Assembly (NCBI GenBank): GCA_963676615.1 | Contig: OY781092.1 | Coordinates: forward strand, 544,001-608,000 | Length of the DNA stretch: 64,000 bases | Source of the DNA: Candidatus Cloacimonadota bacterium | Lineage (GTDB): Bacteria > Cloacimonadota > Cloacimonadia > G963667145 | Direction of reading: 5' to 3' | In this document: one piece after another, positions 48,515 to 59,627 of the stretch | Layout: every line of letters begins with the position of its first letter | Position numbering within the stretch: the stretch's first letter is position 1 | Position numbers and translations under genes: made by a program | The notes under the pieces: generated by a model | What the model saw: the letters and a program-made list of their open reading frames with translations, nothing else | Databases searched by the model: none | What the model was told of the DNA's origin: nothing

Positions 48515-48545
48515 TTCGATTTTGTGTTTTTTTTAAGGAGAAAAA

Positions 48546-49925
48546 ATGAAATTTATTCCAGAACCGTTTAAAATAAAGATGGTTGAGCCGTTGAATTTAA
48601 TCGACCGCCAAGCCCGCGAAAAAGCTCTTGTTGAGGCTGGTTATAACCCGTTTTCGCTCAAAGCAGAAGATGTTTTTATCGATTTGTTGACTGATAGTGG
48701 AACAGGGGCGATGAGTGATAGGCAATGGGCAGGAATTATGCTTGGCGACGAATCTTATGCGGGTAGCCGCAATTTTTATCACCTGCAGGAGTCGGCTCGC
48801 AAAATTTTTGGCTACGAGTATATTATTCCCACGCATCAGGGCAGAGGAGCAGAGCAAATTCTTTTTCCGCAATTGCTCAAAAAAAAAGGTGATTTTTTTA
48901 TTAGCAATATGCATTTTGACACGACCAAGGCGCATGTAGAGTTGTGCGGCGGTGTTGCGATTAATGCAATAACGCCCAAAGCTTTGGATACGGCTGTCTA
49001 TGACGATTGGAAAGGGAATTTCGATTTGAACAAAGTGGAAGATTTGTTTCGTGAAAAAGGCGTAGAAAATATAGCGGCTGTAATCGTTACCATAACTTGC
49101 AATTCTAGTGGTGGTCAGCCAGTTTCGATGGATAATATCAAATCCGTGAGCAATTTAGCGCGAAAAAATGGAGTTCCTGTTGTTTTTGATTCGGCAAGGT
49201 TTGCAGAGAACGCTTATTTTATAAAAGAACGAGACCCCAATTACAAAAATGCGAGCATTGCCGAGATAGTGCAGGAGATGTATTCGTATGGCGACTGCTT
49301 GACTTGTTCGGCAAAAAAAGACGCGATTGTAAATATGGGTGGTCTTATCGGGATAAAAAATGATAGTCAGCTGTTTGACGCTTGTCGATCGTATCTTGTT
49401 CCGATGGAAGGATTTCCGACTTATGGAGGGTTGAACGGCAGAGATATGGAAGCCGTGGCGATAGGATTGCAAGAAGGTGTTGATTATAACTATTTGAAAT
49501 CTCGCATCGGGCAGGTCGAATTTTTGGGAGATTTGCTTCGTGATGCGGGAGTGCCAATTCAATATCCGACGGGCGGTCACGCGGTTTTTGTGGATTGTGC
49601 TAAAATTTGTCCGCATATCCCTTTTGATCAATTTCCCGCTCAATCTGTGTGTAACGCTGTTTATTTGGAGGGCGGAGTGCGACCAGTAGAAATCGGCTCT
49701 TTTTTGCTTGGACGAGATCCACTCACGGGCGAAAATCTTCGTTCGGATTTGGAGCTAATGCGACTAACAATTCCAAGGCGTGTTTATACCGACAATCATA
49801 TGCGCTATATAGCTCAGACGGTCATTGAAGTTGCCAATAATGCTAAAAAATTAAAGGGGTTTGAGTTTGATTATGAGCCTCCAGTTTTGCGGCACTTTAC
49901 CGCAAGATTGAAGCCGAAAAATTAG
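48546..49925 (+). CDS. tnaA: Tryptophanase
   Basis: [22 protein letters not shown] (PLP Lys), TYGGL, C-terminal LRHFTARL (His, not the Phe of tyrosine phenol-lyase). Confidence 0.9.
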   Translation: MKFIPEPFKIKMVEPLNLIDRQAREKALVEAGYNPFSLKAEDVFIDLLTDSGTGAMSDRQWAGIMLGDESYAGSRNFYHLQESARKIFGYEYIIPTHQGRGAEQILFPQLLKKKGDFFISNMHFDTTKAHVELCGGVAINAITPKALDTAVYDDWKGNFDLNKVEDLFREKGVENIAAVIVTITCNSSGGQPVSMDNIKSVSNLARKNGVPVVFDSARFAENAYFIKERDPNYKNASIAEIVQEMYSYGDCLTCSAKKDAIVNMGGLIGIKNDSQLFDACRSYLVPMEGFPTYGGLNGRDMEAVAIGLQEGVDYNYLKSRIGQVEFLGDLLRDAGVPIQYPTGGHAVFVDCAKICPHIPFDQFPAQSVCNAVYLEGGVRPVEIGSFLLGRDPLTGENLRSDLELMRLTIPRRVYTDNHMRYIAQTVIEVANNAKKLKGFEFDYEPPVLRHFTARLKPKN

Positions 49926-49944
49926 AACTGCTGTATTTTTGAAT

Positions 49945-49990
49945 ATCCTAGTCTTTATAAAAAATAATTTTGAAGGCTAGGATTTTTTTT
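49945..49990 (+). terminator. Intrinsic terminator after tnaA
   Basis: ATCCTAGTCTTTA...TGAAGGCTAGGAT followed by a T-run. Confidence 0.65.
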
Positions 49991-50136
49991 GTTTGTGTTT
50001 TGGGTTAAAATTGTGCAGACAAGAAATTTGGCTACATAATTCGCACAGAAACTATTTGACAGATAGCTCCCACAAAACCTTTCTTGCTCTAGAGTTCGGG
50101 AGTAAGAGAAATTTTCTTTAAGGAGAGGACAGAGAA

Positions 50137-50874
50137 ATGTCAGGACATAATAAATGGAGTTCTATCAAGCACAAGAAAGGGGCTGCGGACAAGAAGAGAG
50201 CGAAACTTTTTACCAAGTTGATAAAAGAGATTACGGTGGCTGCTCGCCAAGGTGGAGGCGACGAAACTTCCAATCCTCGCTTGCGGACGGCTGTGGCTGC
50301 GGCAAAAGCTGCGAATATGCCGACTGCCAATGTTGACAAGGCGATAAAGCGCGGCACGGGCGAGACCGACGGCGTTAATTACGAGGAGATTGTTTACGAG
50401 GGCTATGGTCAAGCGGGCGTTGCGATAATTGTGGAGTGTTTGACGGACAACCGAAACCGCACAGTTGCGGATGTTCGGCATATTTTTTCTAAATACGGCG
50501 GTAATTTAGCGGAAAGCGGTGCTGTTGCGTGGGTTTTTGATTCTAAGGGCGAAATTGTGGTCAAGTGCGATTTGGACGAGGACGAGTTTATGCTCACGGC
50601 GCTTGATTGTGGGGCAGAGGACATCGAGGCGGACGATGGCGAATTTTTGGTTTACACAGATTCCAAGGAGCTGCACACCGTGGTGGACGCCCTCAAGTCG
50701 CAAGGTCTTGATGTGCAAAAGTTTGAACTGACCAAAATTCCGAAAAATACGGTGAACGCCGACGATGTTGCCGAGGGGCTTTTGAATTTGATAGACAAGC
50801 TAGAAGATTGTGACGATGTGCAAAAAGTTTACGCGAATTTTGAGATTTCGGACGAAGTTTTAGAAAAGTTATAA
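50137..50874 (+). CDS. yebC: YebC/PmpR family protein
   Basis: MSGHNKWSSIKHKK, NPRLR, YEGYG, TDNRNRT, DDVQKVYAN. Confidence 0.96.
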   Translation: MSGHNKWSSIKHKKGAADKKRAKLFTKLIKEITVAARQGGGDETSNPRLRTAVAAAKAANMPTANVDKAIKRGTGETDGVNYEEIVYEGYGQAGVAIIVECLTDNRNRTVADVRHIFSKYGGNLAESGAVAWVFDSKGEIVVKCDLDEDEFMLTALDCGAEDIEADDGEFLVYTDSKELHTVVDALKSQGLDVQKFELTKIPKNTVNADDVAEGLLNLIDKLEDCDDVQKVYANFEISDEVLEKL

Positions 50875-50876
50875 AA
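50856..50876 (+). repeat. Left copy of 21-bp direct repeat (yebC 3' end including stop)
   Basis: AGTTTTAGAAAAGTTATAAAA, identical to 53228-53248. Confidence 0.9.
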
Positions 50877-50890
50877 TTGAGGTTTAGAGT

Positions 50891-51631
50891 GTGATTTATA
50901 AAAAGAAAATTGTTGTGATTATGCCTGCATATAATGCAGCGAAAACTCTAGAAAAAACTTATTCTGAAATTCCTTTTGATATTGTGGATGATGTGATTTT
51001 AACAGATGATTTGAGTTCTGATAAAACTGTGGAAATTGCAAAAGAAATAGGGATAAAGCATATATTAATTCATGGCAAAAATAAAGGATATGGTGGAAAT
51101 CAAAAAACCTGTTATGACAAAGCTTTGGAGTTGGGGGCTGATATTGTTATAATGTTACATCCAGACTATCAATACACTCCCAAATTGATACCATCAATTA
51201 GCTATATAATTGCCAATGGCTTATATCCTGTGGTTTTTGCGTCAAGAATTTTGGGAAAAGGAGCATTAAAGGGAGGAATGCCGCTGATTAAGTATGTTTC
51301 AAATAGGGCGTTAACATTATTTCAGAATATATTTTTTAATCAAAAATTATCTGAATATCACACCGGATATCGTGCTTTTACAGCAGAAGTTCTTAGGTCA
51401 GTTAATTACAAAAATAATTCCGATGATTTTATTTTTGATAATCAAATAATTGCTCAAATTTTCTATGAAAATTTTGAAATAGGAGAAATTACTTGCCCAA
51501 CAAAATATTTTAAGGATGCATCATCAATTAATTTGTGGAACAGTTTTAGGTATGGTCTTGGAGTTTTGAAAATTTCGGTACTGTATAGGTTGACAAAGAT
51601 AGGTTTGTTTAAAAGCAAAATTTTCAAATAG
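50891..51631 (+). CDS. GT2 glycosyltransferase (DPM1-like polyprenol-phosphate sugar synthase)
   Basis: VIMPAYNAA, DD.S.D.T, N.GYGGNQK, HPDYQY, SR, HTGYRAF. Confidence 0.9.
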   Translation: MIYKKKIVVIMPAYNAAKTLEKTYSEIPFDIVDDVILTDDLSSDKTVEIAKEIGIKHILIHGKNKGYGGNQKTCYDKALELGADIVIMLHPDYQYTPKLIPSISYIIANGLYPVVFASRILGKGALKGGMPLIKYVSNRALTLFQNIFFNQKLSEYHTGYRAFTAEVLRSVNYKNNSDDFIFDNQIIAQIFYENFEIGEITCPTKYFKDASSINLWNSFRYGLGVLKISVLYRLTKIGLFKSKIFK

Positions 51632-51651
51632 GTTTTATTTAACGAAAAGGA

Positions 51652-53223
51652 TTGTTTGATTTTATGAATAGTTTTTTAGGGGAAAATAAGAGTAAAAGTT
51701 TTTTTGTTTTAATATTATTTCTTTTATTTATAGTAGTTTATGGCTTTATTTTTAATTCAAAACTTGATATGAATGGGGATAATTTTGGGTATTTGTCACT
51801 GTCTAAAAATATTTATGATGGACATGGATATACCAATTTAACAATAGATGGGATATACAAAGCTGCTGGATGGTTTCCTCCAGGTTATCCATATATATTA
51901 GCTATTTCTCGTTTTTTTGTTGGCGACAGTATTGTGGGACTTAAAGTAGTTAATGGAATCTTTTTTTTATTTTCAGTTCTATTGTTTTTTTTAATAGTTC
52001 AAAAACTTACAAAAAATCTTTTTTTTGCTTTCTCAGTAGCTGTTTTAATGCTTATGAATAGGGGATTGCTTTGGCATTCAACAACACTAATGTCAGAGAT
52101 TCCGTATTTGTTTTTTGTTGTTTTGTCTGTGTATTCCTTACTTAAATTTGATGAAAATTATCTTGAAAAAAAAATGAAGCAAAAATGGCTGTATTTTTTA
52201 ATAATATCTTCTGTTCTTTCTTTTTATATAAGGAGTGTAGGAATTGTTTTAATTTTAGCAATAATATTTCATTGGCTAGTTGCAAAAAAGTGGAAACTTT
52301 CTTTTGCCTATATTTTCAGCATCACCATTTTGTACTTACCTTATTTTATCAGAAATAAGATATTTGGAATTAAAGGTAGATATTTAAAAATTATTTTGGT
52401 TGACAATCCTTGGAGGCCTGAATCTGGAGTTGTTGGCTCGTTTGGAGAGTTTTGCAACAAAATAATTACAAATTTGAATGACACAGTAATTTGCGGGTTT
52501 CCTAAGGTTTTATTTCCAGCTATTAATGTCGCTGAATCAGCGACATTTTTGAAAGTAGTTGGAATCATCGTTTTAGTTCTTCTTTTTTTAGGAATTTGGT
52601 CGCTAAAAACACACAAGTACTTTTTTGGGAGTTTTTTTATTTTTAACATAGGAGTATTTCTTTTGTGGCATACAGGTAATGGTGTTAGATATGTATGGCC
52701 ATTAACAGGGTTTATTATTTTTTTTGTATTATATGGAATCTATTTTATTATTTTAAAGATTTTTGAGTTAAAAAATCGCTCTATAAATCTTAAATGTTTA
52801 GGATTATTATTTTTGCCGCTTGCTTTAACTTATATCCCTGAAATAAAAAAGTTAAATCAACAAGCAGAGCAACCAATGCACCCAGCATATAGTAATTACT
52901 TAAAATTAGCAGATTATATAAAAAAACAAGATAGAGAAAGTATTGTTTCGTGCCGTAAATCAGGAATTTTTTCGCATTATTCCCAGGGGCTTTCAGTTAT
53001 GTATAAATTTAGTCGTAATGATAGAGAAATAATAAAAGACTTTATAAATAAAAGCGTTAATTATGTGGTTGTTGAGCAACTTGGCTACAGTTCCACATAT
53101 CTTTATCTTTTGCCAGCAATACAAAAAAATAGTGAATTGTTTGAGGTTGTAATGTATTTAAAAAATCCAGATACTTATTTATTAAAGTTTGATCTAGAAA
53201 AAGCAAAACAAAAGTTTCAGTAG
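51652..53223 (+). CDS. Multi-pass membrane protein, GT-C (ArnT/PMT-like) glycosyltransferase candidate
   Basis: GD...Y..L...I..G.GY, FPPGYP, MSEIPY, RYVWP; many TM segments. Confidence 0.7.
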   Translation: MFDFMNSFLGENKSKSFFVLILFLLFIVVYGFIFNSKLDMNGDNFGYLSLSKNIYDGHGYTNLTIDGIYKAAGWFPPGYPYILAISRFFVGDSIVGLKVVNGIFFLFSVLLFFLIVQKLTKNLFFAFSVAVLMLMNRGLLWHSTTLMSEIPYLFFVVLSVYSLLKFDENYLEKKMKQKWLYFLIISSVLSFYIRSVGIVLILAIIFHWLVAKKWKLSFAYIFSITILYLPYFIRNKIFGIKGRYLKIILVDNPWRPESGVVGSFGEFCNKIITNLNDTVICGFPKVLFPAINVAESATFLKVVGIIVLVLLFLGIWSLKTHKYFFGSFFIFNIGVFLLWHTGNGVRYVWPLTGFIIFFVLYGIYFIILKIFELKNRSINLKCLGLLFLPLALTYIPEIKKLNQQAEQPMHPAYSNYLKLADYIKKQDRESIVSCRKSGIFSHYSQGLSVMYKFSRNDREIIKDFINKSVNYVVVEQLGYSSTYLYLLPAIQKNSELFEVVMYLKNPDTYLLKFDLEKAKQKFQ

Positions 53224-53227
53224 CGCT

Positions 53228-53248
53228 AGTTTTAGAAAAGTTATAAAA
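53228..53248 (+). repeat. Right copy of 21-bp direct repeat
   Basis: AGTTTTAGAAAAGTTATAAAA, starting 5 nt after the GT-C stop codon. Confidence 0.9.
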
Positions 53249-53289
53249 AAACTAAAAAAAGTGTTGATAAGATATTTTGAGATAAATAA

Positions 53290-55111
<1,822 letters not shown>

Positions 55112-55115
<4 letters not shown>

Positions 55116-55501
55116 TAAAGAAGAAAGGGTGCGTTGATCAGGAGTTCGACCAACTGCTAGAGGAGCTGGCTTCTTACAAAAACGAAAAAGAGAAGCTTCG
55201 CAATATGCTAGGGCAGATTGGCGGCAAAACTGGCAATGTTTCGAAATTTGCAATGTTCGCCTTTGTTGGCAGCGTGATTGTTCTTTTTTTGATCGATTTG
55301 CACAAAAATATTTTTATTAACGAGAGCTGGACAGAGGTTTTGACGATAGAAATCGGTCTGTTTCTGGTTTCGATAAAGCTAATTTGGATGATGCATCTGC
55401 AGGCGAAAGTCAGTCATTTTCAGTTTTGGATTTTGAACGCAATCGAGTTCAAAGTGAACAGAATTTCCAAAAGAATTACCGAGTTGGAAAAGAAAATTTA
55501 G
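55112..55501 (+). CDS. Hypothetical membrane protein (two TM helices)
   Basis: ORF overlaps the atpC stop; two hydrophobic helices; HFQFWILN motif. Confidence 0.7.
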
Positions 55502-55545
55502 TTTTTGACTGGCAAGATTATTTTTTTTGAAGGAGAAAATTTTAG

Positions 55546-57165
55546 ATGAAAAAAGGTAAGTTTAGATTTACGATAGTGGCGCTGGTCGCTTTGGCGATTG
55601 TCTACTATTTAATTCCGCAGGTTTTTCCAAATCTTGCGGGCACAGGGTTTGCTTCCAAAAAGCTCAATCTTGGCTTGGATTTGCAAGGCGGAATGCGGAT
55701 TGTTTTGGGTGTTGACAGCAAAGGCGTCGAGCTTTCCAAAGAGCAAGAAAGCCGCGTTATGGAGACGACTTTGGAGATTATCCGAAACCGAGTGGACGAG
55801 TTTGGCGTAACCGAGCCTGTTATCCAAAGAGTGGGCAGCAACAGAATTGCCGTGAGTTTGCCGGGCGTGAAAGATTTCGCTAGAGCCGAAGAGCTGATTG
55901 GCAAAACCGCTTTGCTGGAGTTTCAGCTGCTTGGCGACGGACAAGCTCTTGGCGAAACTATCGATAAACTCAACGAGTTTTTGCAAAAAAATAGTCAGAA
56001 ATTTCCAGAGTTGACCAAAAAATTTGCCGAAAGTGAAAACAATTTGGCTGAGTCGGTTTTGGACGATGGTAAAGAAAAAAAGGACGACGAAAGTCAAAAA
56101 AATAGCCAACTTTTCTCGGCGCTGGTGAACTATCAAGGGATGAACAATCTTGTGGTTGCCCAAGAAAATTTGGAAATTTTCAAGAAGATTTTGGCAAATA
56201 GCGCAGTTCAAAAGTTGCTTCCGTCGGAATACAGTTTTAATTTGGGCAAAACGCAGTATGACGCAAACAAAATTCCGCTTTATACGCCGGTGTTTTTCTT
56301 GCAAAAAAAGGTGGAACTTTCGGGAAAATATTTGCAGTCTGCCGATGTGCGAGTGGGGCAAAATGTGGGCGGCATCCAAACTAACGAGCCTTATGTTTCT
56401 TTGGAGTTCGACTCTGAGGGAGCCAAAAAGTTCGCCAACATCACTGGCGATAATATTCACAAGCGGCTGGCGATAGTTTTGGACGGCATCGTGTATATGG
56501 CGCCGACGATTAACGCGCGCATCGCCGATGGCAAAGCCAGCATCACGGGAAATATGAGTATGGAAGAGGTGCAAAATTTGGTGATAGTTTTGCGTGCGGG
56601 AAATTTACCTGCTCCTGTGAAAATCCTGGAGCGACGCACTGTTGGTCCAACTTTGGGAGCCGACAGCATCAAAGCTGGACTTTTGGCTGGACTTTTGGGC
56701 TTAGCAACGATTTTGCTGTTTATGATTTTCTATTATAAATTGTCGGGAATTTTGGCGATTGTGGCAGTTGTTGCCAACATCTTGTTCATTTTGGCGGCGC
56801 TTACGATGTTCTCGGCGACTCTGACGATGCCCGGAATGGCAGGAATTGTGCTGACTATCGGTATGGCGGTTGACGGCTGTGTGTTGATTTTCGAACGGAT
56901 TCGCGAGGAGCTTGACCTCGAGCGCCCGATTTCTGCGGCGATTTCGGCTGGTTTCCAAAAAGCTTTTTGGATTATTATGGACGCAAATGTTACCACGCTT
57001 ATCACGGCGGCTGTGCTCTACAAATTCGGAAGCGGTCCAATTCGTGGATTTGCGGTAACTTTGTCCATCGGAATTGTCGGTTCGCTGTTTTCCACGCTGA
57101 TTTTGGTAAAACTTTTCTTTGAGAAATTGATCCAAAATAAAGATGTGAAAAAGCTGAGTATTTAG
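55546..57165 (+). CDS. secD: Protein translocase subunit SecD
   Basis: LGLDLQGG, RVDEFGV.EP, LAIVLDG, LRAGNLPAP, VGPTLG, GMAVD, IFERIREE. Confidence 0.96.
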   Translation: MKKGKFRFTIVALVALAIVYYLIPQVFPNLAGTGFASKKLNLGLDLQGGMRIVLGVDSKGVELSKEQESRVMETTLEIIRNRVDEFGVTEPVIQRVGSNRIAVSLPGVKDFARAEELIGKTALLEFQLLGDGQALGETIDKLNEFLQKNSQKFPELTKKFAESENNLAESVLDDGKEKKDDESQKNSQLFSALVNYQGMNNLVVAQENLEIFKKILANSAVQKLLPSEYSFNLGKTQYDANKIPLYTPVFFLQKKVELSGKYLQSADVRVGQNVGGIQTNEPYVSLEFDSEGAKKFANITGDNIHKRLAIVLDGIVYMAPTINARIADGKASITGNMSMEEVQNLVIVLRAGNLPAPVKILERRTVGPTLGADSIKAGLLAGLLGLATILLFMIFYYKLSGILAIVAVVANILFILAALTMFSATLTMPGMAGIVLTIGMAVDGCVLIFERIREELDLERPISAAISAGFQKAFWIIMDANVTTLITAAVLYKFGSGPIRGFAVTLSIGIVGSLFSTLILVKLFFEKLIQNKDVKKLSI

Positions 57166-57194
57166 TTGTAAAGTTTGTTAAGGAAGTAAAAATT

Positions 57195-58127
57195 ATGAGA
57201 TTATTTAAAAACTCGAAGATAGATTTTGTCGGAAAAAGAAGGGCGATGTTTTTGCTCTCGGGGTTGTTGATTGTCGCCAGCGTTGTCTCTTTGATAGCAA
57301 AAGGCGGACTCAGCTATGGGATAGATTTCACAGGCGGTGTCGCCTTGGAGTTAAATCTTGGTGCAGAAAATCAGACTCCTTTGTCGCTCAAAGATTTGCG
57401 CGACGCTTTCGCTGGCAGCGATTACGAAAATGCGCATTTGCAGCAGTTGACGATGCAAAAAGACCAAGACATTTTTTTGCTCTCAACTCAAATCCCAGAA
57501 GGCGTGAAAGCTGTTGACATAGAAAGCGATATTGTTAAAATTTTGCGAGAAAAATTGCCGCAATACACAAAAAATCAAGATTTGATTAGAAGTTCGCAAA
57601 CTGTCGGTCCACAAATTGGAGAGGAGCTGAAAGAGAAGGCGCTCAAGGCGATACTTTACGCTCTTTGCGGTATTATTATCTACATTTGGTGGCGATTTAA
57701 AAAATTTACTTACGGATTTGCGGCTGTGGTCGCTTTGGCGCACGATGTGATTATCACGGTCGGCGTTTTTTCGGTGCTAAATCTTGAGTTCAGTCTGTCG
57801 ATTGTGGCTGCGCTTTTGACTTTGGTCGGTTATTCGCTGAACGATACGATTGTGGTTTTCGCTCGGATTAGGGAAGACTCCATCAAAAATTCTCGGATGA
57901 GTTTCCCAGAAATCGTGAATTTTAGTATCAACGAAACTTTGAGCCGAACCGTTATAACCTCTTTCACAACTTTTGTGGTGGTGCTATTTTTGTATCTTTT
58001 TGGCGGCACTGTTATCCACGATTTTTCTTTTGCACTTTTGATTGGCATCGTCGTCGGAACCTACTCTTCAATTTTTGTAGCAAGTCCTATTTTGGTCGAA
58101 GGGTATTTGCGCAAACACAAAAAATGA
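57195..58127 (+). CDS. secF: Protein translocase subunit SecF
   Basis: GIDFTGG, VGPQIG, HDV, GYSLNDTIVVF.RIRE, TLSRT, GTYSSIF. Confidence 0.96.
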   Translation: MRLFKNSKIDFVGKRRAMFLLSGLLIVASVVSLIAKGGLSYGIDFTGGVALELNLGAENQTPLSLKDLRDAFAGSDYENAHLQQLTMQKDQDIFLLSTQIPEGVKAVDIESDIVKILREKLPQYTKNQDLIRSSQTVGPQIGEELKEKALKAILYALCGIIIYIWWRFKKFTYGFAAVVALAHDVIITVGVFSVLNLEFSLSIVAALLTLVGYSLNDTIVVFARIREDSIKNSRMSFPEIVNFSINETLSRTVITSFTTFVVVLFLYLFGGTVIHDFSFALLIGIVVGTYSSIFVASPILVEGYLRKHKK

Positions 58128-58140
58128 GCTGTTTTTTGCT

Positions 58141-59607
58141 GTGAAAGTGGCTGTTTTTAGCGGGCGAAAAAAATATCTTTGTTTACTTCTGCTCTTGCCG
58201 TGTTTGATTTGGGGAGCGTCAGACGAGCTAGATTTGCCGTCGGTAACTATCGAGGGCAAAGACGAATTACAAAAAAAAGACGAATTTTATTTTGACGACG
58301 ATTTGTCTAAACAGTGGCAAATCGACGAAGATTTCGGCTTCGATGTTGGGCTGCAAGATTTGGAGTTTGAGAGCAAAGACAGCACCAATAAAACTCCTCG
58401 GGTTGGTTTTGTCGATTTTTGGCTCGGCTATGGGCACAAGGCGCAACTGAAGGCGGTCTATCACAACCTGCAAAACGAACTTTTGGACTTTGAAGTTGAG
58501 AGCAAAAACTACTTTTACGACAGCAAATGGAACAGCTTGAGCCAATCTTTTTTGTGGCGTCCCAGCTTTGGCAAATCGGCAATAGATTTTAGCGCTTCGG
58601 TTTTGTCTGCCAAAGCAAACGACCTCACGACTCAGGCGCTTAAAGGCGGCTTTGCTTGGAATTTGGCAATTTCTGATAGTTTGTTGCAGTCGGTTAACAT
58701 CTCGTTTTTTGCCGAAAATATCGAGCAAAAACTTTCTGGCGTTTCCAAAGAGAAAACTTTTTCGAATTTTGGATTTTCGCCAAAGGGGCAAATTAAAGAT
58801 ATTTTGCTCTCAGCAGATATTTTTCACTACGCAGACGGATTGAATGCGGAGGTGCGAGCTTGCAAAAATCTTAACAAATGGAGCTTTTACACGCTAGATT
58901 TTTGGGCAGGTATGTCGCGAGAAAAATTTGTGCCGTCCGTCGGTTTTTTGGGGCTTTATTTTTTACCGAATAAAGTTTATTTTCAGTTTGAGAACTCGCC
59001 AACTATTTCCAAAAAAACTCATTTTGATTTTTTGGGTGAGAATTACGACCAAATTGCCGATTACGATTTGTCGCAAGAGATTGCCCCGCTTGATTTTACG
59101 CTGAAAAGTGGCTACAAGCGGTATTTCAATGTTTTTAGCAATTTGAGTTACAAAATGAATCACATTTTTTATCAAGAGGTGGCAGGAGCGAAGATTTATC
59201 AGGCAGAAGAGAAAGATTTTTTGCTGAGCAAAAGCGGCGTGGAGGCAAGTTACGCTTATCGGGATTACAGCGTTCAGGTCTCGTGTTATCGAGAATTGGT
59301 GGTTAATCGAGCCAAAAATTATATTCCCTACGAGCCAGGCTTGGTGGCAAGAGCGAGCTTGTCGCACATTTTGTTTGAGGCGATGAAGACGCAGGTCGAT
59401 TTTGTTGCCAGCCAGTTGATAAAAGACGATAGCGGCGATAATTTAGACAACAAGTTTGAGCTAAATTTGGAACAAACTTGGGACTTTTCGGACGCGCTTA
59501 GTTTCAATTTCCGCTTGTTGAATATTTTGGACAAAAAACTTGAAAAGTTGCCAGCGTATCCCGAGCGAGGATTGCAAGCGTATGTTGGCGTTAAGTGGTA
59601 TTTTTGA
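58141..59607 (+). CDS. Putative outer-membrane beta-barrel protein
   Basis: Signal peptide, alternating aromatic strands, NILDK, C-terminal VGVKWYF beta-signal. Confidence 0.65.
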   Translation: MKVAVFSGRKKYLCLLLLLPCLIWGASDELDLPSVTIEGKDELQKKDEFYFDDDLSKQWQIDEDFGFDVGLQDLEFESKDSTNKTPRVGFVDFWLGYGHKAQLKAVYHNLQNELLDFEVESKNYFYDSKWNSLSQSFLWRPSFGKSAIDFSASVLSAKANDLTTQALKGGFAWNLAISDSLLQSVNISFFAENIEQKLSGVSKEKTFSNFGFSPKGQIKDILLSADIFHYADGLNAEVRACKNLNKWSFYTLDFWAGMSREKFVPSVGFLGLYFLPNKVYFQFENSPTISKKTHFDFLGENYDQIADYDLSQEIAPLDFTLKSGYKRYFNVFSNLSYKMNHIFYQEVAGAKIYQAEEKDFLLSKSGVEASYAYRDYSVQVSCYRELVVNRAKNYIPYEPGLVARASLSHILFEAMKTQVDFVASQLIKDDSGDNLDNKFELNLEQTWDFSDALSFNFRLLNILDKKLEKLPAYPERGLQAYVGVKWYF

Positions 59608-59627
59608 TTAAAAGGATTTAAGAGAGA

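Larger units (their letters stand above)
50856..53248. mobile_element. AT-rich two-gene glycosylation islet flanked by direct repeats
   Basis: Visibly lower GC than the flanks; perfect 21-bp direct repeats at both ends; no integrase inside. Confidence 0.7.

Noticed and set aside
48546..49925. Tyrosine phenol-lyase
   Set aside because: C-terminal LRHFTARL has the tryptophanase His rather than the LRFF of tyrosine phenol-lyase
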